Positions 48,941-61,740 of a stretch of DNA of 64,000 nt are shown piece by piece. The notes beneath the pieces were generated by a model that ran no database searches, was not told the DNA's origin, and was given only the letters and a program-made list of their open reading frames with translations. The translations under genes and the position numbers were made by a program. The number at the start of each line of letters is the position of its first letter. The first letter of the stretch is position 1. This DNA comes from Azolla caroliniana (taxonomy: Eukaryota > Plantae > Polypodiophyta), in NCBI GenBank assembly GCA_043228905.1, contig JBHGNT010000004.1:22940001-23004000 (forward strand). The letters are read 5' to 3'.

Positions 48941-51900
48941 TTTTCTTTTTCCGAGAAAAAATTGCATCCCATTAGTTAGGTGAATCACATATACAAATCA
49001 GGCTATGTACACTCTAAGTATCTATAGATACTCTACTATTTACAGGTCACTTTCATATATATTTGGCTATCGTTGTGTGACACCTTAGATAAAAAAAGGG
49101 GCAATCGTTGTCCAGATAACAGTAAACGGCTGCATGACAAAACCTGTATTTTTTCAACAAACATCAAAACATAGCTAACAAGCTTCTGAATGTAGCTAGA
49201 CATTGATATCACCGAAGGCAATATGGGCGATTTGCTCACCAGGGGAGGTAGAGCCAGTGAGGCGGCTGGTGGCACCATTTCAGATGTCATGATGTGAAGT
49301 CCACCAATGATGTGGTTTCCCAAAGTGAGATAAATTGTGCTCGTGCCAACTATTGAGACTCTGAATCTCCCTACAGGGTTTTGAATTGTGCACGCAAGGA
49401 TACCAGTAGATCAGTCCAGATAACTGTGATGGCATTTCCAATTGTGTGTCTTTCCACTGAGTACCATTAGAGACATCTCAATTTCTAAATGTTCAGAGAC
49501 TGATTGATGCCACAGTTGACCATGCTTCCAGCAGATTTCATGATCCCCAAATTTGGGTGCATCAAATCGTTGTCCATGTCCAATGGGTTCGGTGCACTAT
49601 GAGAACTAAGGAGGAGTCTTGGACTCCACACATCCATGCATTCTTTTGTCGAGACCACCATATAGCATAACCAAATGAAATCAAGCGTTCCATGCCACAT
49701 GCTGCAAGAATGTTCAATCATATTTGTGTATGTGCAGGACCACAAGCAATGTTCAATCAATTCTGAATCATAGTTGCAACTCCTACAGGGCCATCTTTGC
49801 CTCTCCGTTGTAGCCATTTACCAACCGGGAGGGCTTTATGGCTGATAATCCAGAGAAAGGATTTGCATTTTTCAAGCAAGTCAGCTGCCTATAATTTTCT
49901 CCAATAAGCCTGCATGCAAGTTTCATCTAAGCCCTCTTCCCTTCATTTACTACCAAGTGCATCTTTGTGAATTCCATGCTGCTGAATGATATTTCGGCCA
50001 ATTTTCGTTGCATACTGAAACAGTTTTTTTTTTCCTTTTTTCCTGCCTCCCATACAAATTCTGATGGGTCTCAGGTAACTTTCTTTAGCTCCAACCTTCC
50101 TGGATCTAGACCCGAGACGCATCACGCAGGTTATGGGCACCTGGGTCGATTTCCTAGTTTTTACCATTAGTAGTAATTAACCGTACTGACTTCCAGCATC
50201 CCTCTTGTGATCTGTTTACATCGTTGTTGCCCTGTATCCGTACATCAGGGTGCACCACATGCTTGGCCTCATGCAACTCATTTGTTGTGTCAAACCAGCT
50301 TGCCCACTGATACCCTACATTTGTGCCATCCATGTTGTCCCTTATTCCCTCATACAATCTCATAGTGTTCAAGATCATATTCAACATAGTTACCCTTTTT
50401 CTGTAACTACTGCATTAAAAAGCTCCTTCTGTTCATTCCAAGATGCCAACATGAAGGGCTAGGTTTTTGTCAATATCAGCCCACAGTAGACCCACAAACT
50501 GTCCCAGCATGCTGCCATTGACATCCCTGAAGTTGGGGTGCCATAACAGCGAACTCTGATCTCTAGTTTGGCTGATTAAGTGCATATATGTTGACAACAC
50601 CTATCTGGATTTTTTCCGCCAAGTAATCATGTAAATCGCTCACCCTCTGATCAGTTCTATGATTTGCATAGGGCAAAGTCTTCTTTTTAGTATTGCTACC
50701 CCATCTCGTATTCCGGGTTCGCCAACGGCTTCCGACCAATGGCATATCCATTCCTTATTCAACAATAAATTTACTTTATTTATTCTCGCAGCATTTAGAT
50801 GATGTTCCTGAATCAAAATGAATCCTTTTTGTACGATTCCAAGATGAAGTCAAGTTCCTGTTGGAACCTTCTGCATTCTTTCATGTAGTCATTTTCTACC
50901 ATTCCCTGTACATTCCACATTAACAGATTCGTCAATAACTAATCAGGTCAACAGTTGGTTTGTTTTTTTCCACTGCTCCATGAGCAGGTCGCACTCTGAC
51001 AACCCAGGTCTGTTTTCATCAAGGCATGCCCATGCCTGAATTACTTTGAGCTCCCTTTTAGGAGTTAGCATTTCTGCATGTATGTGCACACATTCTTCCA
51101 GCCTCCCACAATCAGTTTGGAAATTTAGTATCACCTGTAGCACTTTTGATGATCCATTTTCCGTCTCAATCTTTGCATGCCTGGGAGGCCAATCAAGTGA
51201 CCGCCCTTCTCCACCATATGCAGTCCCACAAGTATAACATTCCTCTCCACCTGCATTTGCAACACTCTGCTAAATGAATCAATCGTGTCCAAATTTTCCC
51301 CGTTGTGATTTAGAGTAAAGGCAAACCCTTTGGGGCATCCCCTTGATCTTGTTTCGTGAGTATCACAATTATTCTGATTTTTGACAGGGGGTGAGGGGCA
51401 TTTCTTGCTATTCTCTGAGCAGCTTCACCCATTGATCCCTATTCTCCTTTTTCCCATTGCTATCCACACCGAAGTTTTGAACAACACTGCCAGCATCGTC
51501 TCCTTCTCCTTGCGGAATCTTCTTAAACACAATTTTAGGATACATTTTGCCAAAGCCCAGTCACCTGGCTGAACTTATTTGCAAAACCACATGTTCCTTA
51601 TTTCCTTCATTGTGGTGTTTGGTTCTCAGCCATGTTTTGACCTTCCACAGCTCTGACAGCTTTTCATTAGGGCTACATGCACAGTATTGGGTTGCATTTT
51701 TCAATATTAGATTATTTGGATTAGATAAGATCACTCCATGTCAATCTCGTCATCTTCCCGACAGTAAAGCACACTGAAATAATTCACAACTGCAATGGGG
51801 TTGTGCAAGAAAAATTTGCTTGTCATTTCCTTTCCTACATTTGAACCGTTATCTTTCACAACCCATTTAGTCTTGACATTTTCCAGAGCCCCTGAATAAG

Positions 51901-53000
51901 CATGCGCCTTCGACTCCCGCAAAGTGCATTGGCATCTTGGTTTTCTATGTGATTTACATCCTCATTCTATTTCCCATTTACTTTCTTTGTATTTGCATGA
52001 CTGCTGATATTTTTTTGGGGCAGTTCTTGGCCAAGTGTTCAATTTCCTTACATACATAACATTGCCCTGGGCGGCCATAGTATTTGGCATCCACATCTAT
52101 CTAACCACGATCACTCATGCACACTCTTATTCTGGGTGGTTCTTGGCTAAACTTTAGGGACATCCTAGCTTCGAGGCCAGTTCTTAGCCAAGTGCCCAAT
52201 TTCCTTGCATACATAACATTGCCCTAGGCGGCCATAGTATTCGGCATCCACATGTATCCAGCCAAGATCGCTTGTGCACACTCTTATTTTGGGGGGAAGA
52301 TTGGTTGTATTATTGACCAGTGTCCTAGCTTTAGGAACATCTTTTACCACCTCAGACATGAATTTCTTGTGTGGGCATAGATCGCCTATTTTGTTGCGAA
52401 GTGTCGGAATCAGTGGCTGCAAATGTTTCGCCAAATTCGAAGAATATACCGAGATGATCTTGGGATTGCCTAGTCGTTTGTTTTCGTCCACTGTAGAGAA
52501 GGAGGTGGACCATTGCAGCAGAATGCATTTTCCATATTTAGCTCAATCAGGCTTGCATTCAAAATCGCCCGAATATCCGATTGAGATTCCAATTCTATGT
52601 GGAAAAATTCCCAAGCCCATGGCACTGACTGTTTGAATTTTTGGCATCAACTCCTACAAAGTTGTCTACAACATGTCCCTTAACATGCCTTTGCTAGGCC
52701 TGCCTCCACTCTCAAAATTCGCCTGAATATCCGATTGAGATTCCAGTTCTGTGTGGAAAAAACCCAAGCCCATGGCACTTACTATTTGGATTTTTGGCAT
52801 CAACTCCTGCAAAGCTATCTATAGCATGTCCCTTCACATGCCTTTGCTAGGCATGCCTCCCAAAATTTTGCATATGAAGGAGGAAGATTTCAGCCTATTA
52901 ACCTCAGCATTCAGGATCATGTTTTCTCCTGGCGAGACCACAATCTCAAGCATCCTTATTTCCATTTCCTGCAGAGTGCATCTTTGGCATGCTAGTGTCA
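48941..53000 (-). mobile_element. Degenerate L1-clade LINE with the RT domain internally deleted
   Basis: T-rich 3' end with the ccattagtta motif; zf-RVT CRSCNYDSELIEHCLWSC; endonuclease start (WNVQG, IGVVNIYA) joined directly to post-RT sequence near 50550; ORF1 knuckle CYVCKEIGHLAKN. The 5' boundary is approximate. Confidence 0.8.
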
Positions 53001-53372
53001 TTCATATCTACTGCATTAGGTTACATGTACATCCCCCAATGTGCATATTGCAGATCCACGGCATGACAGACAAGATAGAGCCTCAAAGTGAGCAAAAACA
53101 AGAATCAAAAAGATGGGCTTAGAATGCATAATCCAATGATTCATTGACAACCAGAGGTAAAAGTGCTCATTGAATCAACATGATTTATTTGTCATTTGAT
53201 AATGTCAATCAATAAAGCAAATGAGTTGATTTTGGTAAACCTGAATGTACATATATGGAGTGGGACAAAAACTTGGATTTACATTAGAATTCAAACTTAG
53301 GGTTATGTCAATCAGGGAATATTATGCCAATTCACATGAGATGTTAAATGCACATTACATTTTTTTGTCACA

Positions 53373-54960
53373 TTGTTAGAATATTAATTAACGTTAAGCA
53401 AAATTAAAGAGAAAAATAAGGCGAAAAAGGGCAATGTTAATTAACGTTAAGCAAAATTAAAGAGAAGAATAGGGTAAAAAAGGGTGACGGTGCACTTGAT
53501 CACCCCCTAGCGAAGGTAAGATACGGATCTAAGTCCCCCTACTGATGTCCCATACCACCGTATTTGGACGTGGGTCGTACCTTGGGTTTGAAGAAGGAGG
53601 CACTCGTGTATGAAACTAGAGCTTTGCCACATTGTCAATGTTTGTATCTCAAAACAATCGAGAAAAGAGATCCCCCTCTTCATGAAGGTAGCTAGCCTTC
53701 TTATAAACGCTCAATACCTTGGGCCCTTGTGTATGTTTCACCCTTGGTTGTTTTTTTCATAAAAAGTAGCCAACTGATAACAATCAGCAATGGTTCGGTT
53801 TGAACCGAACCGAACTGCGAAACCACGGTTTAACGGTTTAACGGTTTGGTTTGGTTTGGCTCGGTTCAGGTTTAGGTTTTTTTAAACGGTTCGGTTTGGT
53901 TTCAACAGTCAAAAACCACAGGTCAATGGTTTAATGGTTTCTAATTTTAATTTAAAAATTTAAAAATTTTGCATCATAAACAATCTTTTCATTTTTACAC
54001 CTTATTCTCACATTTTAGGAACATCTTAAAAATTTTAAAAATTCTAAATAATGAAATATTATAAATTTTAAAAAATTAAAAATTTGACCTATGTTGAAAA
54101 CCGAAACCGAACTACGAAATTGCGGTTTTTACGGTTTAATGTTTTGAAAAATGTTTAACGGTTAGGTTTAATGGTTTGAAAAATGTTTAACAGTTCGGTT
54201 TAACAGTTTCAAAAAATTTTAAACAGTTCGATTTGGACCCTCTCAAACCGAACTGAACCGTTGTCGATTGTTACCAACTAATTAAAAACTCTAAAGTTAT
54301 CTCCCATCGTAGGACTGAGATAACTCAATCCTCACCCTTCATTCCTTATAAATTGGCCCATAACTATGGTTATGAATCATGATTATGCTCATAACATGCA
54401 CCCCCTCTGAGAAAAGATTGAGACTTGTAATGAAAAGTAGGAGGATTTTGTTTTAAGAGCATATTCTCTCTCCTAAGTAATACCTTGAATAGAACCATCC
54501 ATCCATTTAATTCTAAACACTCGAATATGCTTAGAATATAAATGTTTAGTTTTTTATTTGAGAATTCTTTCTAGCTTATGAGGTTTGAATGACAAATCAT
54601 CAAGAGTAACCAATGTTTTAATAGAAATTGAATTATCGTAAGAACCCAAGAGCTCTTCTAGACGACTAACATGAAAGTTATGATGGACTTTGATGCCAAC
54701 GAGAAGGTCAAGGTGATAGGTTGATTAACCAATATGCTTGAGGATTGTGAAAGGTCCACAAAATGCTAGGGCTAATTTAGCAGACTTACCCATAGACAAT
54801 GTTGTAGAGTCATGAGGCATACATAAAAACACTTTCTATGCAAGGAGAAAATCATTGGGTTGTCAGTGCTGGTTAGCATAAAAGAGAGCTCTATCAAGAG
54901 CGATTTTTATATTATCCCAAGCTATATACAACATGTCTTAGGTGAAAACAAGTTACAATA
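53373..54960 (-). mobile_element. Gypsy chromovirus remnant (3' LTR, PPT, integrase/chromodomain end), related to the 7614-13980 element
   Basis: LTR blocks gtcccataccaccg and gtcgtacct are shared with 7614-8081. PPT and LTR junction at ~54396-54408; degenerate KLALAFCGPFTILK and HHNFHVSRLEELLGS upstream. Confidence 0.8.
53778..54273. mobile_element. hAT-like MITE inserted in the gypsy LTR
   Basis: TIRs TAACAATCAGCAATGGTTC / TAACAATCGACAACGGTTC, 8-bp TSD CCAACTGA (53770-53777) / CCAACTAA (54274-54281), AACCG/CGGTT subterminal repeats. Confidence 0.8.
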
Positions 54961-55226
54961 TATCCAAAAAGTATTGTTTTTGGCCAAAAGAAAATTGGCA
55001 AATTTTTATACTATTAATACTAATCAAATGGGAAAAATTACATTCAAATAAAAAGAATACTTTATTAGAGTCACATGGGAGTAGTACAATGAGCATTAAA
55101 GAGAGAAAATGGGGGCGAAACAGTTTAAAAGCTTATTACAATTTGGGGCTATTTCCCCCTCACACTAAACGCAAATTACCATTTTTAACTTTTCCTCCTT
55201 TTCACTTTGTGATGTACATGACGCTT

Positions 55227-56952
55227 TGAGAAGGCTTCTTTGCATTAGAGATGATAATTAATCGAGAGTGATTCTGTGCAACGGAAGGTGTGTGTATGTG
55301 TGTGTGTAAGAGAGAGAGAGAGAGACAAATAGGACATAGAGTTGTACAGAAAACCAACAAATTGTATTAACAAGAGAATAAGACAATCAACAATTACAAA
55401 GAGGAGGAGATGGTGCTTATATAGTCACCTTCTCTCTATGTTCTTTTTTTTTTCGTAAATAATGGCTTTCATTACGAAAGAAAAAAACACCACCATGACT
55501 AACTTACTTCAAAGTATAGAACCCTTCTATCTAGGGATCTAAAGAATACTACGACACCAAACTCAATGCCACCCTACACACCAATTCAAATGGCGAGTAT
55601 GATTATATGTGACCTTGTAGAGTTCTCTCTCTTCTTGGTTGAGATTTCGTGACTTCTCTAGCACTGTCAATTGCCACAAAAGAAGTCCTTTTAACTTTAG
55701 AACATATTTTCTCACCCCAACTTGCGAATAAAAAATGAAGGCATTCCGCATATTCCAATTGAACCATAGCCCCCAATACCTTAAGAACTCTAAAATAATT
55801 TGAAAATGAGGCATTGGTTCATTGTTCTCCATATGTGCAAAAACCCAACTGAAAGAAGATAGACTTACTCATGTTAGAGACATCCACAATAAACTGATAC
55901 ACCTCCAAACCATCCTTGCCATCGAGCATGAAATAAAATGATGCCTACTGTGTTCCAATTCCACCGAACAAAAGAAACACAAACCTTTAGTAATGTTTCT
56001 TTTTTTTAATGCATCCCCTAATGGTAAAGCTCCAACCATAACTCTCCAAATAAATACCTTGGCTCGTAGCATCAATCGAGAACACCAACCTACCTTGATC
56101 ACATGAAACCACCAAGTAATGGGCTTATGAAAACCCCATATCTTTATAACCCTTTCTTCCAACCACTTATGTTTGTCAATCAACTTGTGATAAGCAACAA
56201 TCGTTGAGATCATAGTCAATCTCTTATTTCCAACAAACCTCCAATCAAGCCCTTGAGATCGCCCATCTAAATCAGGAATTGGCTCATGCGAAGATAGTAT
56301 TTGTTGCAACTTATCCCAAATAAAGTTATAACCTTTTGGAATACGAAATGTTGATCTTATTGTTCGAAAAGCCATAACTCTTCTTTGTGAAGCCAACATA
56401 GCATCCTTAACTGTTACCAAACCCAATCTAGCCATCTGATTAAATTGAAGGTTAAGAATTTGTTTACCTTCCCACCTCAAACAACCTTGATGTTGCCAAA
56501 ACCTCCATTTGTAATGAATTGACACATCCCCTATCTTGTGGGGGATGCCATTCCACAAAATCCAACATACTTTGCCAAGATGACAACAAATGATTAACTA
56601 TCATAGATCCTGTACATTTGACATCCCTGTCAGAATTAATTACATTCCACGAATTCGCATCAACCTTCATGTTTCCAAGCTTTATTCCGTTCTTCTCTAT
56701 AAAGTATGCCACCATTTCTGTCCAAGGTTGTACACCTTCAAACATGAATCGAATGAAAGTAAATCGACGAGCCACCATATGCTCATATAGATTCAATATT
56801 GATGCCCCACCAAGTCGCTTCTCTCTATGTTCTCTCACTACAACCACCATTTGCAAAACAGGTGGAGACTTAACTATCTATTAAATATGTTTCATAGAAC
56901 CTTAAAGTTCTATGACACGCTAGTTACTATACTAGGCGGTGGGGTGTTCACA
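55227..56952. mobile_element. Probable solo LTR (~340 bp) interrupted by a LINE
   Basis: TG...CA termini with a near-identical 5-bp TSD, CGCTT (55222-55226) / CACTT (56953-56957). Confidence 0.55.
55445..56817 (-). mobile_element. 5'-truncated L1-clade LINE (3' end of ORF2 with zf-RVT)
   Basis: 16-bp TSD CTTCTCTCTATGTTCT at 55429-55444 and 56818-56833, poly(T) tail, KVFIWRVMVGALP..CFFCSVELEHSRHHFISC. Confidence 0.9.
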
Positions 56953-57219
56953 CACTTGACTATACGAAAGTGTGTTCCCACACTAGAGAAGTTGAGTTTG
57001 ATCCTCAACAATTTAGGGTTTTTTCTTTTAGGATTTCTTTGATATTTAGGGTTTTGTATCATTATAATTTTGCTATTTCATAAGGTTTTATGCATGTAGA
57101 GATTCTTTTGAGAAGGCAAGTTTTAGATTAAAGATAATGATTGAGGGTTTTTCTAATGTATTTTGGGTTTTTTTGTTAGCTCATAAGATTTCATTCTTTG
57201 TTCTTTTGGGATTGCGTAT

Positions 57220-57830
57220 GTTAAGTCAATGATTACGGAGGTCTATCACATCTTGACCAAGGAAAATGTTATGGCAACTATGCTATCAAGTGTGCGATAT
57301 GAAGGCGAAAGCGGCATGATGTCAAAAGATGAAGAGGTTTCTCTTTATTTTCTTAAGGTCACCCATGCAACTATTGAAAAGAAAACCATGCAAGTGGTCA
57401 ACGCCTTCAACAAAAGAGAATATAGGTAGATTCCTAAACTAAAGGAAAACAGATGTAATTTGGTGGTTCAAGGAAGAAGTACAAAAAATCCAAAAGAAGG
57501 TATACAAGTACTTCCTGCAATGAGGGTATCTCTTGAAGCACCCAAAGAAAAGGACAGGAATGCCATTTAGTTTCGTGAGAAACATGTGACTTTAGTGTCT
57601 AAGTTCCATGAGAGTCCTTGGGCTAGCCATTAAGCTACATGGACAACTTTCACGAAGCTGAGGAGAAGTATTGGTGGTCAAGGATATACAAGGATGTCGC
57701 AAAACACATTCTTGTCATATATTGTTGTGATAACACTATAGACTTCTTCATCTTGAAGTGTATATATCTTGAAGGAGAAGTATTAGTGGCCAAGGATATA
57801 TAAAGATGTTGCATAACACATTGTTATCAT
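57220..57830 (+). pseudogene. Degenerate gypsy RNase H end and integrase zinc-finger remnant
   Basis: VYHILTKENVMATMLS resembles the H..GK.N..AD.LS motif, followed by KFHESPWASH and KYWW..YKDV-like segments. Confidence 0.5.
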
Positions 57831-58217
57831 AATAGATTCCTTCTTTCGTGGTGTCCAGGCCGATGGGAGTGGGACAAATGAAATATCTAGTACTGTAAAG
57901 GGAAGACCTCACAAACCATGTCGAAGAAGGGCTCTAAGTAGCAAAACTAGGACAACAACATGCAAGTTCATGTTATTCAAGCTTATGTACAGTCAATTTA
58001 ATGCCCATAGAAGATATAATTACATCAGTAATGCCATGGGAAAATGTGATGAACAGAGAAGAGATGCTTGCCATGAGGATGAGATAACTTCAGAGGTAGT
58101 CGTAAGACTTTGGAATTGGATTGGCTAAATGTTGGTAGGGTTAATGTAAAGAATGAGAGGTGTAGGTGATGTTGTGCAGTGTAGGTGAACTGTGTGTGTG
58201 CACTCGTAGGACAAGAG

Positions 58218-61124
58218 AGATAGATAGATAGATAGATTATATTATCATCTTCGTAGGTCAAATATGACCTATGAGACCAAAAATATTACATTTCACGTGA
58301 TACGTGTGAAGGTGAGTAGCGACTCTCAATGTTCAAGAACTTTACCAATGAATGTTGCAATCGAGAGTGCACATCGTGGTTGTGAGAGAAATTCGTGCAA
58401 GGATTGGGCTCGATCAAAGAGATGTGGAAAGCATCGTCGAATATGATCAAAGGTAGAGAATTGTATCAAAGTGTGATACTCAGACTCTCGAACTTGTTTA
58501 GGGCAAAGTGTGCATAGTCGACCACTCTCATCACTTGTGCCCCAACGCCCCGTGTCACATCTCAATGTGTGCGAGCTAAGTCGCATGGAAGTAATGGTTC
58601 AAATGGCAGATATCGGGATGGGCTCTAACATGTATCGATGTGTACGGCTTCCCCGTTCCGCGAAGAATATGGTTTTGTAGTTAGGTGCAACATTTATAGT
58701 ATAATGTGTGAGGCGTGAGCCGCTACATTTGTCCCATGTCATGATACATTGGCGTTGCAAAAAGGCCTCATTTACAGAGGAATCTAATGACGCATCATGA
58801 AGCAAGTGTCTTGCATCCCATCTACCAAACCATTTTTCTAAATCTTGCATCCAACTGGAACACAAAATTTTGCTTTTTGCATCTTTTGGATCTTTTTGCT
58901 TGCTTCCCATGCAATTCTAGGAAGTCAATGTGAGGGGCTTTTTTGAACCTTAAGCATGTATTCAACAACCCTTTCCATGGCCATGATCTCAATGGGAAGC
59001 GATCTTGTCTCAAGGAGGAGGAGGGTGTAGGGCGTTTGTTTCTTAACTTGTAGAAACTTTGTAAGAAAATGTTTTTGGACATTTTTAAACTCTTTCCACG
59101 TAAATTTAGGGATATTACTGCCCCATACTTCCACCCCATAGAGAAGAATTGGGGTCACCAAAGTGTCAAAAAGATATTTCTTGAGGACCCAACACTTAAT
59201 ATCTCCAAGATTGCATGTGTTCTCAAATGCATAATATGCTTGCTTACCCGCCTCTAAGCAGCATGTAGCACATTCATTCCATTTATGATTTGACGGAACT
59301 TCAATGCCAACATATTTGAAGCTTTCCACACATTCAAGTGGCTCATTGTTGTACATAATGCATGGTTTGTCTCTTTTTTGACTCTTCACAAGCATAATCT
59401 CTGTTTTAGAGCTATTGACACTTAATCTAGTATGCATGCAAAATTTTTCCAATGCCTTTATAAGCTATTGTCCATCTCTTGAAGTATTTGCAAAAAGCAC
59501 TACATCATCCGCATATAACAAAAGCATAATCACAACATTCCCAATGGCAACTTCTTCAACACATTCTTCCTTTACAAACTTGGTAACCATTTCTTCTAAT
59601 TCGTCAATGCATAGACCAAATAATGTTAGTGAGAGTAGGCATCCTTGCTTAACACCAATAGTGTTATTGAAAAAATTTAAAATTCTATCTCTCATATGCA
59701 CACAACATATAACCTTCTCATATATTCGGGAAATTGTAAGCATATATTCACTTGGCACCTCAAGTTCTTCCATCCGCCTCCAAAGATGCTCACGAGGTAC
59801 CATATCAAAAGCTTTCTTGAAGTTTACAAAGCAACAATATAAACCTTTACCTCTAAGGCAACTTTCCTCCATTAATACTCGAAGAGTGACAAGATGATCA
59901 ATGGTGCTATGGTGTTTTCAAAAACCAGCTTGTCCATAAGCTCTCTTACCATTTTTTTCTGCCCATACACTTATCTTTGATTCCATTATACATCCAAATA
60001 GTTTTGTCATTAATGAGCCAACCATGATGGTTCGATAGTTGTTTACATTATTTACATCTCCGCCTTTATGTAAAGGTTTGATCCAATTTGTAGTCCAATC
60101 ATATGGCATACCATGTTGCAATGCATCATTAAACATATCGCATATCCATATATGTGCTTCCTTTCCTGTCCATTTGAGCATTTCAGCTTTTATACATTGA
60201 AGATCGCTTGCCTTTCGAGAGGCCAATTTCTTAAGTCCTATGCATATATCTTCAATTGTAAAGAAGGGAGACATAAGTGAAAGAGAACCATAACACATCA
60301 CCTTTCCGGCAAGAGATAACTCATATAAATTCTTACAATGCATAGACAAGTCATGAAGAGTTAAATCACCATAACTCTCAACACGTTTCCCCTTTAGATT
60401 TCCCCAAAATTTAGCATATGCATGTGCTTTCTCTTGCGTTTGGAAGTTGTTGAGTAACTTCCCATATTCATCTCTTTCTTTGAATAAGCCTTTTATAGTC
60501 ATGCAAATGCTTTTGGTAATTTTCTTTATCATTAACTACATCCAAAACCATAAGGCACTTTCAAGCTTCATGACATTCTATATCAAACCATTTTTTCTTA
60601 CATTTCTTGGTGCATTTCCATGATGTGCGGTTGGTCGAAAAACATTTGTTTGTACGAGAGAGAATGACATTCTTAAAAGCTTCCCATTTGCATTCTAGTG
60701 TGGCACCATGTTGTGTCTTTGTCATTTGTAACATATCCTCAACCATGTTGGAATACATGGGCGCTCGCTTAAGATTCATGCTCAAGTGTGTTTGTTTACT
60801 ATATTCAATGATCTTCTCGCAATCAAACCTATGCATACATTTGAGATCAATACATAAATTCCTATGATCGGATTCCGGTGTCCATTCCCCTAGTGAGAAT
60901 TTATGTATACGATCCAAAATACCTTCGGAGAGTAGCACATAGTCAATCACACTATTTCCATTGTGTTTTCTACATGTAAAGCCGTATTGGGCCATAAGGA
61001 AACACCATTTGCAATAAGCAATCCGGTACTATTGCACATTTGTAGGAGTAGTTTCCCAAATTGGTCCGGATCTTTTTCATCGCTAGAAGATCAACTATAC
61101 ATTTGCATATCCTCTTGGATCCTT
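58218..61124 (-). mobile_element. RTE/RTEX-like non-LTR retrotransposon, degenerate, interrupted by a copia element
   Basis: Endonuclease end (FTC...SVIDYVL, SDHR), RT (NNYRTI, QAGF, FKKAFD, GVKQGC, LLYADD), C-terminal RLSSHTLRCDTGRW..CTLC..ESEYH, and a (CTAT)n 3' tail at 58218-58237. Confidence 0.85.
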
Positions 61125-61709
61125 TGTTGGGATTACGGTCCCTCCGGATGGGATGTCCGGAGATGAATGACGGCAAGCCCGGTTGCGGTTACGGAACCGG
61201 ATGAAGAGTACCCGGCATGAAGCCGGATGAAGAGTACCCGGATACGGATCCGGATGATGAAGACCCCGGCTACGGAGCCGGATGACGAATGTACCCGGAG
61301 AGAGAGATCCGGATGCAGGGCTATATTTGTAAATATCCCGAAAGTCATATATGTATAAATATGACTTAGGGCAAACAGTTTTATGAGGTTGTTGCTTAAT
61401 TTTCATGCGAGGTGAGAGCAGCCGAGAGAGAGAGAGAGAGACGAAGAGGTCGTTGCCTCTGTGTATTGCCGCCGCCTGTGGCGAAGACAGTGAGCTCAAG
61501 GTTGTTGCCTTGTAGCTTCACCAGTGTACATCCCTGTTCATAGTGATAGTTGGAGTTTGAGGACTCCCGTGGTTTTTTCCCATTTAGGGTTTTCCACGTA
61601 AAACATCCAGTGTACCTTTCTCTCTATTGTCTTTCGTGCATTGTTGTATTTCCCGTTTTCTGTGAATCGATCCTGTTCCTCGGTTGTGGCCGAGCACGGA
61701 ATTTCAATA
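61125..61709 (+). repeat. 5' LTR of the copia element
   Basis: TG start, CCGG-rich tandem repeats in U3, TATAAATA near 61354, end 3 nt before the PBS. Confidence 0.85.
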
Positions 61710-61712
61710 AAG

Positions 61713-61724
61713 TGGTATCAGAGC
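61713..61724 (+). promoter_or_regulatory. Primer-binding site complementary to initiator tRNA-Met
   Basis: TGGTATCAGAGC, the canonical plant copia PBS. Confidence 0.92.
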
Positions 61725-61740
61725 AACGGTAACACAGAAG

